Source of the DNA: a virus
Length of the DNA: 64,000 bases
Reading direction: 5' to 3' (one strand)
UHGV virus genome: UHGV-1373625
In this document: positions 1-9,452 of the stretch, piece by piece
Position numbering within the stretch: the stretch's first letter is position 1
Layout: every line of letters starts with the position of its first letter
Translations under genes and position numbers: made by a program
The notes under the pieces: generated by a model
What the model was told of the DNA's origin: nothing
Databases searched by the model: none
What the model saw: the letters and a program-made list of their open reading frames with translations, nothing else

Positions 1-27
1 CATGAAGTGTCCTTTGTTTTTAGAGCA

Positions 28-390
28 TTAATCGTAACTTCTATGTGGCCCTAAAAATTCAAAATCAGTAAGGTCGCTCAAATCGATTTTAGCGTTTCCG
101 TTTACAAAAAAATTCCCCAGTGACGAAAAATATAAAATGCAATTATTACATGAGCCTTTTTCTCTTATAGAATAATATCCACTTACTTTTGGAATTTCAG
201 AAAACCATTGCAGTCTTCTAGGCAAATTATTCCAATAAAGAGTCGCTTTTTCTTCTGTTAAAGCGACTGGCCCTTGACAACCGCAGGGTATACATACAAC
301 AGCGTATTTACCGAACTTGTCTTTGATTATTGTAATGTCGTTGCCGTTTTTTCCGCAGAAAGGACATTGTAAAGTAGGTAGTGAACTCAT
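28..390 (-). CDS. Lar-family restriction alleviation-like Zn-ribbon protein
   Basis: The N-terminus CPFCG...VVCIPCGC...A..LWN matches the Lar family Zn-ribbon pattern. A second copy lies at 6523-6711. Confidence 0.45.
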   Translation of the reverse strand: MSSLPTLQCPFCGKNGNDITIIKDKFGKYAVVCIPCGCQGPVALTEEKATLYWNNLPRRLQWFSEIPKVSGYYSIREKGSCNNCILYFSSLGNFFVNGNAKIDLSDLTDFEFLGPHRSYD

Positions 391-408
391 TTGTTTCTCG
401 ATATCCTA

Positions 409-726
409 TTAAAGTGTTTCAAATTCAATTTCGGAATCATCGGTATTTTCAGTATCCTCAACGAAAGGCTCATATTCCCTACAAACAGAGCACACCTCGC
501 CAGAAGTGATAGGCGCGATTACTTCATCTTCATTTTCAGGATTTTTGTAAACAAATCTTACGCATCGTACAACAAGCCTATTTTCATTTTCAGGGATATC
601 CACATAGGCGCACTTACACGTTCCAATTTTTGAATCCATTTTTAAGAGCCTCCTCTTCCCATTCTTTTTCGAGTTTTTCTTTATTAGGTACAGGGATGAT
701 AAAAACACAAATGATGACCGTAGCAA
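409..726 (-). CDS. hypothetical Cys-containing small protein
   Basis: ORF of 105 aa carrying CKC...RCVRF...CSVC motifs. No recognisable family. Confidence 0.3.
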   Translation of the reverse strand: MLRSSFVFLSSLYLIKKNSKKNGKRRLLKMDSKIGTCKCAYVDIPENENRLVVRCVRFVYKNPENEDEVIAPITSGEVCSVCREYEPFVEDTENTDDSEIEFETL

Positions 727-780
727 AAGAAATCAGGCCACCATACAAAAGTGTCATAATAGTTTCCATCTATAGTCTCC

Positions 781-1107
781 TTACATTTTTTTGAACATGG
801 CTTTCAGTTTTTCTACAGTAGAAAGGTACGGATTTTCTTCATTATCAACCTGAATGCTTTCTTCTTCCGGGGTAAGCTCCTCAAGAAGAGATCTTAACTC
901 CGAGCGAATAAGCTTTTCGCAATTTCGCATTGCGGTCCCTTTAGTTGCGAGCCCTGAGATTGAATAAAACGTTCTACCAAATGCGGTAAACCCCCAACCA
1001 CCCGTACTGACCTTAAAAACCATTGCGTCGATTTTTATACTACTTTTCGTGTAAAGATAATATTTTTCCTGCTCACACGTAGATACGTCAATCCAACGAT
1101 AATCCAT
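781..1107 (-). CDS. hypothetical protein
   Basis: ORF of 108 aa. A GAGGAGG RBS lies upstream on the minus strand. Confidence 0.35.
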   Translation of the reverse strand: MDYRWIDVSTCEQEKYYLYTKSSIKIDAMVFKVSTGGWGFTAFGRTFYSISGLATKGTAMRNCEKLIRSELRSLLEELTPEEESIQVDNEENPYLSTVEKLKAMFKKM

Positions 1108-1132
1108 AATTCATCCTCCTCAATTTTTTCCC

Positions 1133-1161
1133 ATACTATTTCACGAAGAAGTTTTTGTCAA
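1133..1161 (-). promoter_or_regulatory. sigma70-like promoter for the leftward early genes (TTGACA-N17-TAGTAT on the minus strand)
   Basis: The reverse complement of 1133-1161 reads TTGACA, then a 17-nt spacer, then TAGTAT. It sits in the divergent intergenic region. The same hexamers recur at 57543-57571. Confidence 0.45.
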
Positions 1162-1227
1162 GGGAAAAGTCTTGAATTTTTTGATTGGATAGGTTACTTT
1201 AAAAAAATCACAGATTTGGAGGGAATT

Positions 1228-2829
1228 ATGAGGTTGAGATATAACGGAAAACTTTTTCAAATACGGGCACATACACAGGAAGAACGAAGCGCATTTAGCA
1301 AAATGAAACACGTAACATATAATAAGGAAGAAGACTGGTTCGAGACAAAGCTATTCAGGGTTGCGAAGGAATTTATAGAAGTTTCACATGATTACAGAAC
1401 CAGAAGCATCCTTGAGAGCTTTTCAGAAAAATGGAATCTCTCTTGGGCAACGGCTCCGACGAAAGGATTTTCCGTGCCAGCTAATGAAGGTTTGCACTAT
1501 TTAGAGTATCAATTGGCTGGCATAGAGTACATGATGAGGAACCCCAGAGTCTTACTTGCTGACGAACCGGGAACTGGTAAAACCATTCAGATTGCTGGAT
1601 ACTTGAATTGTCTCCCTGAAATTAGGAAGGTCCTGATCATATGTCCATCATCCCTCCGGTTGAATTGGAAACGGGAATTGGATAAGTGGCTTGTCGATAA
1701 GTCCCGGAAAGTAACCTTGGACCCTAAAGATGATGAAGCTTTTGCGCATATCGTAAGCTTTTCGAGTGTATGGAGGCCGAACGTATTTCCTTTTCTCGAC
1801 AAGAGAAAATATGATGTTGTGGCTATTGACGAAGCCCATAACTGCAAGAATGACGAAGCGAAAAGGACTATTCAGTCGCTTCATCTTGCAAAAAAAGCAT
1901 TTCGGAAAGTCTTGATGACTGGAACTCCTTTGGTGAATAGGCCCATAGAATTATTCCCGCTTCTGAACTGTCTTGACGAAAAAAGATGGCCTAATAAATT
2001 CGCGTTTGCATTCGAGTATTGTTCCGCACATTATGAAGATATATACATATATGATAAGCAAAAAGGACGTGCGGTAAAAAAATCCGTACTCAATATGAGT
2101 GGAGCTAGCAATCTTCCATCCTTATCTGAGAAGCTCCGTGGGTCAATGATGATCCGAAGGTTGAAATCAGATGTACTTCCGCAGCTCCCCAAGAAAAGAA
2201 GACAGCTTATTGAAATACCTTTGGAAACAAAAGATTGTAAGGCCGCTATCAAGGAAGAAGCCAAACGGTGGGCCGAATTATGTGATCTTTATGGATACGA
2301 AGAATGCGTGCGTCAGATGGAATTTGGCGACGGAGTTGCGTTTACCGAGATGGCTGCGAAGCGTAAAGAAGTCGCGTTGAGTAAAATCCCATTTTGTGTA
2401 GAATATTTAAAAGATTTGCTTGAGGGGGTTGACAAAGTCGTCGTTTTCGCGCATCATAGGGCCGTTGTTGATTTACTAACCGACGAGCTTAAAGAGTACA
2501 ATCCCGTAAAAGTTGTAGGAGGAATGTCGGACAAACAAAAGCAGGAAAGTGTTGATTCATTTCAAGAAAATGAAAATGTGCATCTTTTTATCGGAAATAT
2601 CCAAGCTGCTGGTGTCGGATACACCTTGACAAAAAGTTCAATAGTGGTATTTGTAGAATTGGCATTTGTGCCCGGACTTATGAGTCAAGCTGAGGATCGT
2701 TGTGTACGAATCGGGGCTACAGCGGATTATGTGCTTGTTCAGCATTTGGTCCTAGAAAAATCCCTTGACAAAGACCTTTGTTCCATGCTTATTTATAAAC
2801 AGGAAATTGCAGATAAAATTTTAAATTAA
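1228..2829 (+). CDS. SNF2/RAD54-family helicase
   Basis: Motifs LADEPGTGKT (Walker A), DEAHNCKN (DExH) and LMTGTPLVNRP are present, with a C-terminal helicase domain. The ORF opens at 1216. ATG 1228 follows a GGAGGG RBS. Confidence 0.85.
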   Translation: MRLRYNGKLFQIRAHTQEERSAFSKMKHVTYNKEEDWFETKLFRVAKEFIEVSHDYRTRSILESFSEKWNLSWATAPTKGFSVPANEGLHYLEYQLAGIEYMMRNPRVLLADEPGTGKTIQIAGYLNCLPEIRKVLIICPSSLRLNWKRELDKWLVDKSRKVTLDPKDDEAFAHIVSFSSVWRPNVFPFLDKRKYDVVAIDEAHNCKNDEAKRTIQSLHLAKKAFRKVLMTGTPLVNRPIELFPLLNCLDEKRWPNKFAFAFEYCSAHYEDIYIYDKQKGRAVKKSVLNMSGASNLPSLSEKLRGSMMIRRLKSDVLPQLPKKRRQLIEIPLETKDCKAAIKEEAKRWAELCDLYGYEECVRQMEFGDGVAFTEMAAKRKEVALSKIPFCVEYLKDLLEGVDKVVVFAHHRAVVDLLTDELKEYNPVKVVGGMSDKQKQESVDSFQENENVHLFIGNIQAAGVGYTLTKSSIVVFVELAFVPGLMSQAEDRCVRIGATADYVLVQHLVLEKSLDKDLCSMLIYKQEIADKILN

Positions 2830-2839
2830 ATCAGGAGTT

Positions 2840-3340
2840 ATGATTATGAATTTTAGTAATATTCAGAGTATGGTGGAAATGAGTAATCTCCGGAAAGTAT
2901 TGATTGCTTTTCTTGAGAAAGACCCCGATTTTCTCGAATATGTTCCAGTTAAGGTTCGTAGGGATGGAAGCAAGGACTTTCTTGATGGTAAGAATCCTAA
3001 TGAAAGTCATCGACTTCCGGCTTTGAAAGAACTGGTTGAACTTCTCAGAGAAAACAAAAAGACCGAGTATAATCGATTGATTGAAGTCGGAGCGAAATAC
3101 GTTGGTATTTCTTATAAAAACGGAGGAATCACTTTTAAGAATGAGGAAGAACTTTCCTTTGCCGATTTCGATAAATTGGCTATCATCGGGGCTCAGATTG
3201 AAAAGTTTTTTATTCCGGAAATGAATAGCTTTTTTACAAAAATAAGCGAAGACGAAAAACAGCTTTTGATTTTTACACTCAAGAGCATGGATGGCGAAGA
3301 GTTTAATAGCCTTGTTTTTGACGCTATTAATCATAAGTAA
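2840..3340 (+). CDS. hypothetical protein
   Basis: ORF of 166 aa, preceded by AGGAG. Confidence 0.4.
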   Translation: MIMNFSNIQSMVEMSNLRKVLIAFLEKDPDFLEYVPVKVRRDGSKDFLDGKNPNESHRLPALKELVELLRENKKTEYNRLIEVGAKYVGISYKNGGITFKNEEELSFADFDKLAIIGAQIEKFFIPEMNSFFTKISEDEKQLLIFTLKSMDGEEFNSLVFDAINHK

Positions 3341-3368
3341 ATAAAAGACATAAAGGAGAGAGAACTTA

Positions 3369-4172
3369 ATGTGGGCATCTGATAATATCCGAGTAAATGT
3401 GGAAGGTTCCCCCGAAGCGGTTGCCGAGTTTTTCTTGCGTCTTGGAGGAATGAAGTCCGGATTTAATGGAGCAGTAGAATCGCCTAATCCTGTCGAGCCA
3501 CACAAATCCGAACCAAAGGTAGAAGAGATTGATGCGAAAGATGAAAAGCACACGTCTCCCATCGAAGATAAGCCCGTTGAAAATGAAGAAGAGGCATCTG
3601 ACGTAGAAAACAAGCCTACGAATAGTGATGAAGAACGTGAGCATTTGAAGTCTATTCTTACCGAACGCGGCATCGAGTTCTCTCCTCGTGCACGTCTTGC
3701 CACATTGAAGAAGCTCGTAGAAGACTCTGATAATACCGCCGAGGAATCCACAGAAGAGCCTGAACCCGAGATTCTCGAAAATGATGAGGTCCCTCCAGTC
3801 ATGGAAGACCCTGCGGCGACTATTTTGCAGAAGACCGGACAGGAGGAGTATAATGGCGGTGAAGGTGTGTCGCCTGAGGAAGAGGGTTATGGAGATATGC
3901 CTTCCGAACCGCTCAAGTTTGAGGAAGAACCTGAAAGAACTTATACTCCGGCAGAATTTCTGGATGAGTGCAAGCGGTATTGCAGTCGGGTAATGCGGAC
4001 TGGCAGAGATCTTGATACGTCTCATAGAATGCTTGCCGATATTCTTCAAAATGTGACGGGTGTAACTCGCAAAGTCATTGAAGTGGATGAGAAATATTAC
4101 AATACGATTGTGACGAAACTTCATAATCATATAGACCTTTTGCGAGAAGATCACAATTCAACCAATGAATAA
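3369..4172 (+). CDS. highly acidic protein with a Rho_N/SAP-like helix motif (possible DNA mimic)
   Basis: Long D/E-rich stretches are present. The segment LKSILTERGIEFSPRARLATLKKLVE resembles the Rho N-terminal/SAP motif. A strong AAAGGAGAG RBS precedes the start. Confidence 0.45.
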   Translation: MWASDNIRVNVEGSPEAVAEFFLRLGGMKSGFNGAVESPNPVEPHKSEPKVEEIDAKDEKHTSPIEDKPVENEEEASDVENKPTNSDEEREHLKSILTERGIEFSPRARLATLKKLVEDSDNTAEESTEEPEPEILENDEVPPVMEDPAATILQKTGQEEYNGGEGVSPEEEGYGDMPSEPLKFEEEPERTYTPAEFLDECKRYCSRVMRTGRDLDTSHRMLADILQNVTGVTRKVIEVDEKYYNTIVTKLHNHIDLLREDHNSTNE

Positions 4173-4193
4173 AAAAAATGAAAGGTAAGTGTA

Positions 4194-5456
4194 TTGGGAA
4201 AACATAGCAGGATAGGAGCTTCTTCCTCAGAAAGATGGATGGCGTGCCCCGCTTCCGTCAGGATGAGCGTAGGGCTCAAAAACGAAGGCAGCCCCGCAGC
4301 AAAAGAGGGCACGGCGGCCCATGCTCTCGCAGAGTTCTGCCTTAAAAATGAGATGTATCCCGCATGTAAGAAAGGAAAAAAGATCTACGTAAAGGGAGAT
4401 TCTTTTGAGATAGAAGAAGAGATGATAAAAAGCGTCTCTCTTTACGTAGGTCACATTCTTCACGTAGTTCATAATCAAAAATTGTGGATGGACGAGAATG
4501 GCGACCTTGTTCAAATCGACACCGAAAACGTCCATTTTGAAAAGTTTGAGAAAGGGGACAGCAAGAAGCTGTCTGTCGAGGAAAAATTCGCTCTTACTTG
4601 GATAAAGGAAGGGATGTTCGGTACATGCGACTGTAATTACAAAGATTATAAGAATAGGAGACTCTATGTATTCGACCTAAAATATGGAAAGAGCACGCCA
4701 GTAACCGCCATCGATAATTCCCAAATGAAATATTATGCTTTGGGTATTGTAGGAGAGCCGTTATCGAATGACGACTTTGACGAAGTAGTAATGGTTATTG
4801 TCCAGCCGAGAAACGATTGTTTTGGAGTAAGTTCGTATAGTTTAAAGATCGATGACCTCTATCTCTGGGCTGAAACGGAATTACGTCCTGCGGCGGAAAA
4901 GACAGAAGACCCTGATGCCGAATTTTCATCAGGAGATCACTGTAAATGGTGCCCGGCTTTTGGAGTTTGTCCTCAGATCGAAAAAGACCTTGGATATTTA
5001 GTAAATTATAACAATTATATAGAAGAAAAGAAAAAAAATATTGAACTTCCAGACCCAAGACACTTGACAAGTGAAGAAAAGTCTCGTATATTGCATCTAT
5101 CGATTGTGTACGCCCCTTGGATCGAAGCGGTAGCAAAATCCGCTTATGAAGACGCTGTCGCTGGAAGATTAGTTCCGGGGTTTAAGCTAGTTAAAAAAAG
5201 AAAATCGAGACGAGTTTGGAGGGACAATGCGCTCACCGCCCAAGAGCTAAGTTTGAAATATGGAGATGAAATTTTTGAGGAGAGAAAGTTAAAATCGCCA
5301 TCTAAATTAGAAGGTATTTTGACAGGAGAGGAAATTGATCTCTACTCATTTAGACCGGAATCCGGTACGGAATTAAAACCAGAAAACGATAAACGTAAAT
5401 CCGTAAATCCATTAACATCTATCGACGAATTTTATTCGCAACAAGAGGAAAACTAA
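4194..5456 (+). CDS. DUF2800-type PD-(D/E)XK nuclease (phage recombination exonuclease, Cas4/RecB-like)
   Basis: The N-terminus reads HSRIGASSSERWMACPAS. A C-terminal Cys cluster CKWCPAFGVCPQ is present. The start at 4194 is TTG; the alternative ATG is at 4239. Confidence 0.6.
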   Translation: MGKHSRIGASSSERWMACPASVRMSVGLKNEGSPAAKEGTAAHALAEFCLKNEMYPACKKGKKIYVKGDSFEIEEEMIKSVSLYVGHILHVVHNQKLWMDENGDLVQIDTENVHFEKFEKGDSKKLSVEEKFALTWIKEGMFGTCDCNYKDYKNRRLYVFDLKYGKSTPVTAIDNSQMKYYALGIVGEPLSNDDFDEVVMVIVQPRNDCFGVSSYSLKIDDLYLWAETELRPAAEKTEDPDAEFSSGDHCKWCPAFGVCPQIEKDLGYLVNYNNYIEEKKKNIELPDPRHLTSEEKSRILHLSIVYAPWIEAVAKSAYEDAVAGRLVPGFKLVKKRKSRRVWRDNALTAQELSLKYGDEIFEERKLKSPSKLEGILTGEEIDLYSFRPESGTELKPENDKRKSVNPLTSIDEFYSQQEEN

Positions 5457-5457
5457 A

Positions 5458-6117
5458 ATGGCAAGAGTTACTAAGCGCGTTATTTTCAAGGCTTCTATTT
5501 CTTATCCTCATCTTTCCGAGCCTGTAGTCAATCCTAATGATAAGAACAAAGACCCTCAGTACAGCATTGAAGCGCGCATTCCCAAGAGTGACGTAGACAC
5601 GATTAAGAAAGTGCGCTCCGTGCTTGAGGAAGTTTATACCGAGGGCGCTGGCCCGGATAAGAAGAAGTGGAAAGTTGATTTCCGTGAGCCCGGCTTTTTT
5701 GATACGTATCTGTCGAAGCAAGGTAAGGATGGTTTCCCTCTTCGAGACGGCAAGTACAAGCCGAGCGGCGATTGCGACGATATTGTTTTCATGAGCGTCA
5801 AAAATAAGTATCCTATCGCTCTTGGTGTCAAGACTGGCCCTACGACTTATCGGAAGCTCGAATCGAAAGAAGAAATCGAAAAGGAACTTTATGCGGGCTG
5901 TATCGCTGATGTCATCATGGATGTTTATTACAATGACAAGCCGGGAACCGAATCCGGGTGCTTCCTTTCCCTCAAGGGTGTCGTAAAGACTGGTGAAGGG
6001 CAGCGTCTTGCCGGAAGCTCTCCCGTCGACCTTGGCGAACTCTATGGCACCGAAGAAAATAACGATGTAACCTACGGTGGCTCGGAAGATTCTTCCTCCG
6101 ATGATGTGCCGTTCTAA
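5458..6117 (+). CDS. DUF2815-type single-stranded DNA-binding protein
   Basis: The N-terminus reads MARVTKRVIFKASISYPHLSEP (the RxSYxHxxEP pattern). An acidic C-terminal tip SSSDDVPF matches the SSB DDDIPF tail. Confidence 0.55.
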   Translation: MARVTKRVIFKASISYPHLSEPVVNPNDKNKDPQYSIEARIPKSDVDTIKKVRSVLEEVYTEGAGPDKKKWKVDFREPGFFDTYLSKQGKDGFPLRDGKYKPSGDCDDIVFMSVKNKYPIALGVKTGPTTYRKLESKEEIEKELYAGCIADVIMDVYYNDKPGTESGCFLSLKGVVKTGEGQRLAGSSPVDLGELYGTEENNDVTYGGSEDSSSDDVPF

Positions 6118-6140
6118 TAAAAAAATAAGGAAATAAAATA

Positions 6141-6443
6141 ATGTCAGAGAATGAAAAGACCAACAATGTTTGCCGCCGCGATTTGACGAATGCCGTCATG
6201 CGTATTACCGGATTCCGCCGAGCCGATATCGAAAAGGTTATCAACGCGTATACCGAGGTGATTTATGCCAATCTTAAAGCAGGGCGTAGCGTGAAGCTGC
6301 ACCGACTGTGTACTTTCAAGGTCGTAGACTTGGCCCCTCGTGAGTTCCGTTCAAACCTTACCGGAGAAATTGTCCGTAAGCCCGCACGAAAACGTGTTCG
6401 TGTGAAGCTTTCCTCCCGACTCCAGATTAATGAGAAGAACTAA
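6141..6443 (+). CDS. HU/IHF-family DNA-binding protein
   Basis: 100 aa. The GFRRADIEKV...F...AR.FRSNLTGE.V.KPARKRVRVK arm pattern is present. Confidence 0.7.
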   Translation: MSENEKTNNVCRRDLTNAVMRITGFRRADIEKVINAYTEVIYANLKAGRSVKLHRLCTFKVVDLAPREFRSNLTGEIVRKPARKRVRVKLSSRLQINEKN

Positions 6444-6458
6444 AACCCTATAACAAAA

Positions 6459-6496
6459 GTCCCCGCATCCGAGCTAAAAAAGCAAAGAGCGGGGAC
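6459..6496 (+). terminator. hairpin downstream of the HU gene
   Basis: GTCCCCGC pairs with GCGGGGAC. The loop is long (22 nt) and the T-tract is weak. Confidence 0.3.
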
Positions 6497-6522
6497 TCTA
6501 CGTTTATACTGAGAGATACGCT

Positions 6523-6711
6523 ATGACCATATCAAACTGTCTATACTGCGGGGGAAAGGGGAAGCTCGTAATTCGATCCGGATTAAAGAATTATCGTAAA
6601 GTCAATATTTATCAGGTGCAATGCAATAAATGTCGTGCTAGAGGTCCTATATCCGATAATGAAATCAATGCTATACGTTATTGGAATGGAAAAGGGTATC
6701 CTTCTGCATAA
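6523..6711 (+). CDS. Lar-family restriction alleviation-like Zn-ribbon protein
   Basis: The pattern CLYCGGKG...VQCNKCRARGP...AIRYWN matches the Lar family. Confidence 0.5.
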   Translation: MTISNCLYCGGKGKLVIRSGLKNYRKVNIYQVQCNKCRARGPISDNEINAIRYWNGKGYPSA

Positions 6712-6718
6712 AAAGTTC

Positions 6719-6747
6719 TTGACACGGAAAGCGTAATTTAATAGGTT
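6719..6747 (+). promoter_or_regulatory. candidate promoter TTGACA-N17-TAGGTT
   Basis: TTGACA lies at 6719-6724, followed by a 17-nt spacer and TAGGTT. It sits upstream of the 6776 gene. Confidence 0.3.
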
Positions 6748-6775
6748 GTAAAAAACATCAACAAGGAGAGAAAAT

Positions 6776-7825
6776 ATGTCTATTCTCAAGTCCAAGGTTT
6801 CCGTTATCCGTTTTATCACCGAAGTTGAAGATAATCTTGAAACTATCATCAATGGGCTTAACGCCGCACGTTTTCAGGAAAAGTGGGAAGCGGGAATGGA
6901 TTCCATGCAAGGCTTCTGCCCCCTTAATGACCGTTGGGGCTCCTCTGATTTCCACGAAGGTAACATCAAGGCGAATGGGTTTATTGCATTCTTTTTCCGT
7001 ACTGACACTAAGCGGGTAGATCCCAATCTTCTCAAGCGTGAAATTTCTGACCGGATTGAGCGTTTCTCCGAAACTTATGGAAAGAAACCCAATCGTGAAG
7101 AACGTAAGGACATTCAGGTCATTGTGAAGAACAAACTGCTCAATGAAGAAAAAGCCAAGCCCTCTTTCTATCCGGTCATGTTTAATCCCGAAACAGGGGA
7201 AGGGTATCTTTTCGCTACTTCCAATAGTGTCTTTGAGAAGTTCCGGGCGTCGTTCAAGTTGGTCGCCGGGATTCCAAATGTTAAGAATCTCGAAGAAATT
7301 GTGGAATCTCGAAACCTTGATTTCACAGTCGATAGCCAGACGTTCCTGACGTGGTTCTGGTGGCGCATGGAGAATGATCCCACCAAACCTGTCACCACCG
7401 AGAATACTTCCTACGAATGCTCCATGAGCGGCACTGTAACGGTAAGTTCGGCGGAAACCGGGGAGAAGGTCACGGAGAAGTCGGACCAGCTTCACGAGGC
7501 TCGTATGGCCCTTCTGCGTGGTCTTCGTGCGGAAAAGGCAGCGGTTACTTGCTGCGCTGGCTCCGGCATCAATATTGAGTTTACTTTGAATAATGAAAGC
7601 CTCAATATTTCCGGGCTCCCCATTCCTAAGTCCGAGGAAAAGCCGAGCGACGTGTTTGAAGAATTTGAACATGCGAAGATTCATATTGATGAAGCTTTTG
7701 CTCTTATTGATTCTTTGATGGAGGAATATATTGAGCTTAATGCGGTAGGCGACCCGCTGCCTCCTACTCCGCTTATTCATTGGGGTCGTGGGGATTTTTG
7801 TTCCGGAAGCATTGAAATTCTGTAA
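6776..7825 (+). CDS. RdgC-like recombination-associated protein (putative)
   Basis: 349 aa. The layout resembles E. coli RdgC from memory: an N-terminal v.RF motif, F.P...GW, and a K/E-rich helix followed by LLP-AF-like LFATSNSVFEKF. An AAGGAGAG RBS precedes the start. The antisense ORF 6758-7846 is judged spurious. Confidence 0.35.
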   Translation: MSILKSKVSVIRFITEVEDNLETIINGLNAARFQEKWEAGMDSMQGFCPLNDRWGSSDFHEGNIKANGFIAFFFRTDTKRVDPNLLKREISDRIERFSETYGKKPNREERKDIQVIVKNKLLNEEKAKPSFYPVMFNPETGEGYLFATSNSVFEKFRASFKLVAGIPNVKNLEEIVESRNLDFTVDSQTFLTWFWWRMENDPTKPVTTENTSYECSMSGTVTVSSAETGEKVTEKSDQLHEARMALLRGLRAEKAAVTCCAGSGINIEFTLNNESLNISGLPIPKSEEKPSDVFEEFEHAKIHIDEAFALIDSLMEEYIELNAVGDPLPPTPLIHWGRGDFCSGSIEIL

Positions 7826-7827
7826 GC

Positions 7828-8031
7828 ATGGAGGATATAATGGCAAAAGGAACTTTCAGGGTAGTAGAAAAAATTTGTCCTTTCTTGAATGCGCCTTGTA
7901 AAGAAAAGAGGTGTATGATGTGGGATGAAAAATATTTAGTCTGCCAATTGGCTTATCCAGCGAAACGTAGGGTGAAAGGCGAAAGTATACAGCCGCTTTA
8001 TCTAAATCACATAAACATGGAAACGAAATAA
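7828..8031 (+). CDS. hypothetical Cys-containing small protein
   Basis: 67 aa, containing CPF..APC...C...C. Confidence 0.3.
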   Translation: MEDIMAKGTFRVVEKICPFLNAPCKEKRCMMWDEKYLVCQLAYPAKRRVKGESIQPLYLNHINMETK

Positions 8032-8041
8032 ATAAAAAAAA

Positions 8042-8078
8042 GATACCAGCGTTTGTTAAAAATTCTGGTATCTTTTTT
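8042..8078 (+). terminator. rho-independent terminator
   Basis: GATACCAG...CTGGTATC forms the stem, followed by TTTTTT. Confidence 0.6.
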
Positions 8079-8090
8079 AATAAAGGAGGC

Positions 8091-9452
8091 ATGATGAAAT
8101 CCGTAATTGACTTTGAAACAAGATCCCCTGTAGATATTAAAACTTGCGGAGCTTACGCATATGCTGCGCACCCTGATACTGAGGTGATGATGCTTGCCGT
8201 CCGTATATGTGGACAGGAGGCTCGCGTATGGGTAGCTCCGGCATATAGGCATTTTCTTGATACTGAATTGAGTGACGATGAATTGCAGGATATTATTAAT
8301 AATTGTGAAGAGATTGCAGCACATAACGCCCCTTTCGAAAGAGCCATTTGGAAATTCAAGATGGAGCCTCTCTGGTTTAAGCCATTGCCATTAGAGAAAA
8401 TTCGATGCACGATGTCTCAGGCCCTTATGTGCAACCTCCCCCGTAAACTGGAACAAGCGGTAAAGGTTTGGCGAAAAGACGCCCCTCAGAAGGATAATGA
8501 AGGGCATAAGCTGATGATGAAAATGTCAAAGCCTAGGAAGTTCCGTAAAGCCGAGCTTTCCGCGTTTCCTGATCCCGAAAAGGCTAAGGCTACTCAAGAA
8601 TACGTCTATGCTGTACTTTCAAAAGGTGGCATTCCTACCATTAAAAACTACCATCAATATATTGTCTATCCTTGCGACGAGCCAATGTTTAAACGATATG
8701 TTGAATATTGTCGACAGGACGTGGTTGCGGAAGAAGTTCTTTTTACGGAGCTTCCTCCTATCCCTGAGCGGGAGCTTAAAGTGTGGCGGCTTGACCAGAC
8801 AATCAATGACCGTGGAGTAGGAATTGACAGGTTTCATGCGGTCAAAATTATGGATATGGTTAATAAAGTAGAAGATATTTTGACGGAGGAAGCTTCTGAG
8901 ATTACGTATGGGGCGGTATCGACTATGAAGTCTTCTAAGGCTATTATTGAATGGCTACAATCTCGTGGGGTTGATACTGATTCGGCAAGCAAGCAAGCTA
9001 TCTCCGACCTTCTTGAACGGACTGATCTCCCCTCTGATGTTCGTAGATTCCTTGAGATTCGCCAGACTATTGCCATGTCTTCTACGGCAAAATATCAGAC
9101 CATGCTCTGTACTTCATGCTATGATGGCAGGGCGCATGGAACGATGATTTATCATGGCGCTTCAACTGGAAGGTTTTGTCTTTCGGAAGGGTCTATGGTC
9201 AAAGTTTGTGATGATGCAGGTTGTGTTTATGAAAAGCCTATCGAAAATGTTGACAGATCAGAAAAAGTATGGGATGGTTCGGATTGGGTCTATCACGATG
9301 GTGTAGTTTTTTCAGGAGATAAACCCGTTATTGAATGGGATGGGATTGTTGCTACAGAAGAACATAAAGTTTTTATTTCAGATACAGAAAAAATGTCTCT
9401 TTTAGAAGCCAAGGAAAGAGAACTTAAACTCTGGCAAGGAGAGAAACCCTAA
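8091..9452 (+). CDS. DNA polymerase I (family A), N-terminal fragment: 3'-5' exo domain plus start of the pol domain, ending in an intein N-part
   Basis: IDFETRS is the Exo I motif. The extein ends ...GASTGRF at 9176. CLSEGSMVKV... begins intein block A, and DGIVATEEHKVF is block B. The stop is at 9450-9452. Confidence 0.75.
   Translation: MMKSVIDFETRSPVDIKTCGAYAYAAHPDTEVMMLAVRICGQEARVWVAPAYRHFLDTELSDDELQDIINNCEEIAAHNAPFERAIWKFKMEPLWFKPLPLEKIRCTMSQALMCNLPRKLEQAVKVWRKDAPQKDNEGHKLMMKMSKPRKFRKAELSAFPDPEKAKATQEYVYAVLSKGGIPTIKNYHQYIVYPCDEPMFKRYVEYCRQDVVAEEVLFTELPPIPERELKVWRLDQTINDRGVGIDRFHAVKIMDMVNKVEDILTEEASEITYGAVSTMKSSKAIIEWLQSRGVDTDSASKQAISDLLERTDLPSDVRRFLEIRQTIAMSSTAKYQTMLCTSCYDGRAHGTMIYHGASTGRFCLSEGSMVKVCDDAGCVYEKPIENVDRSEKVWDGSDWVYHDGVVFSGDKPVIEWDGIVATEEHKVFISDTEKMSLLEAKERELKLWQGEKP
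9177..9449 (+). mobile_element. intein N-terminal part (IntN, 91 aa) of an apparently split intein in PolA
   Basis: The Cys1 block A is CLSEGSMVKVCDD. The TxxH block B is VATEEHKVF. The part ends at the ORF stop. Confidence 0.6.

Noticed and set aside
2831-4154. Long minus-strand ORFs 2831-3802 and 3366-4154
   Set aside because: They are antisense to two plus-strand genes with RBSs. The translations are S/F/R-rich low complexity.
6758-7846. 362-aa minus-strand ORF mirroring the plus-strand 6776-7825 gene
   Set aside because: The plus-strand ORF has a strong RBS and RdgC-like organisation. The minus-strand translation is low-complexity (R/K/F-rich) with no start context.
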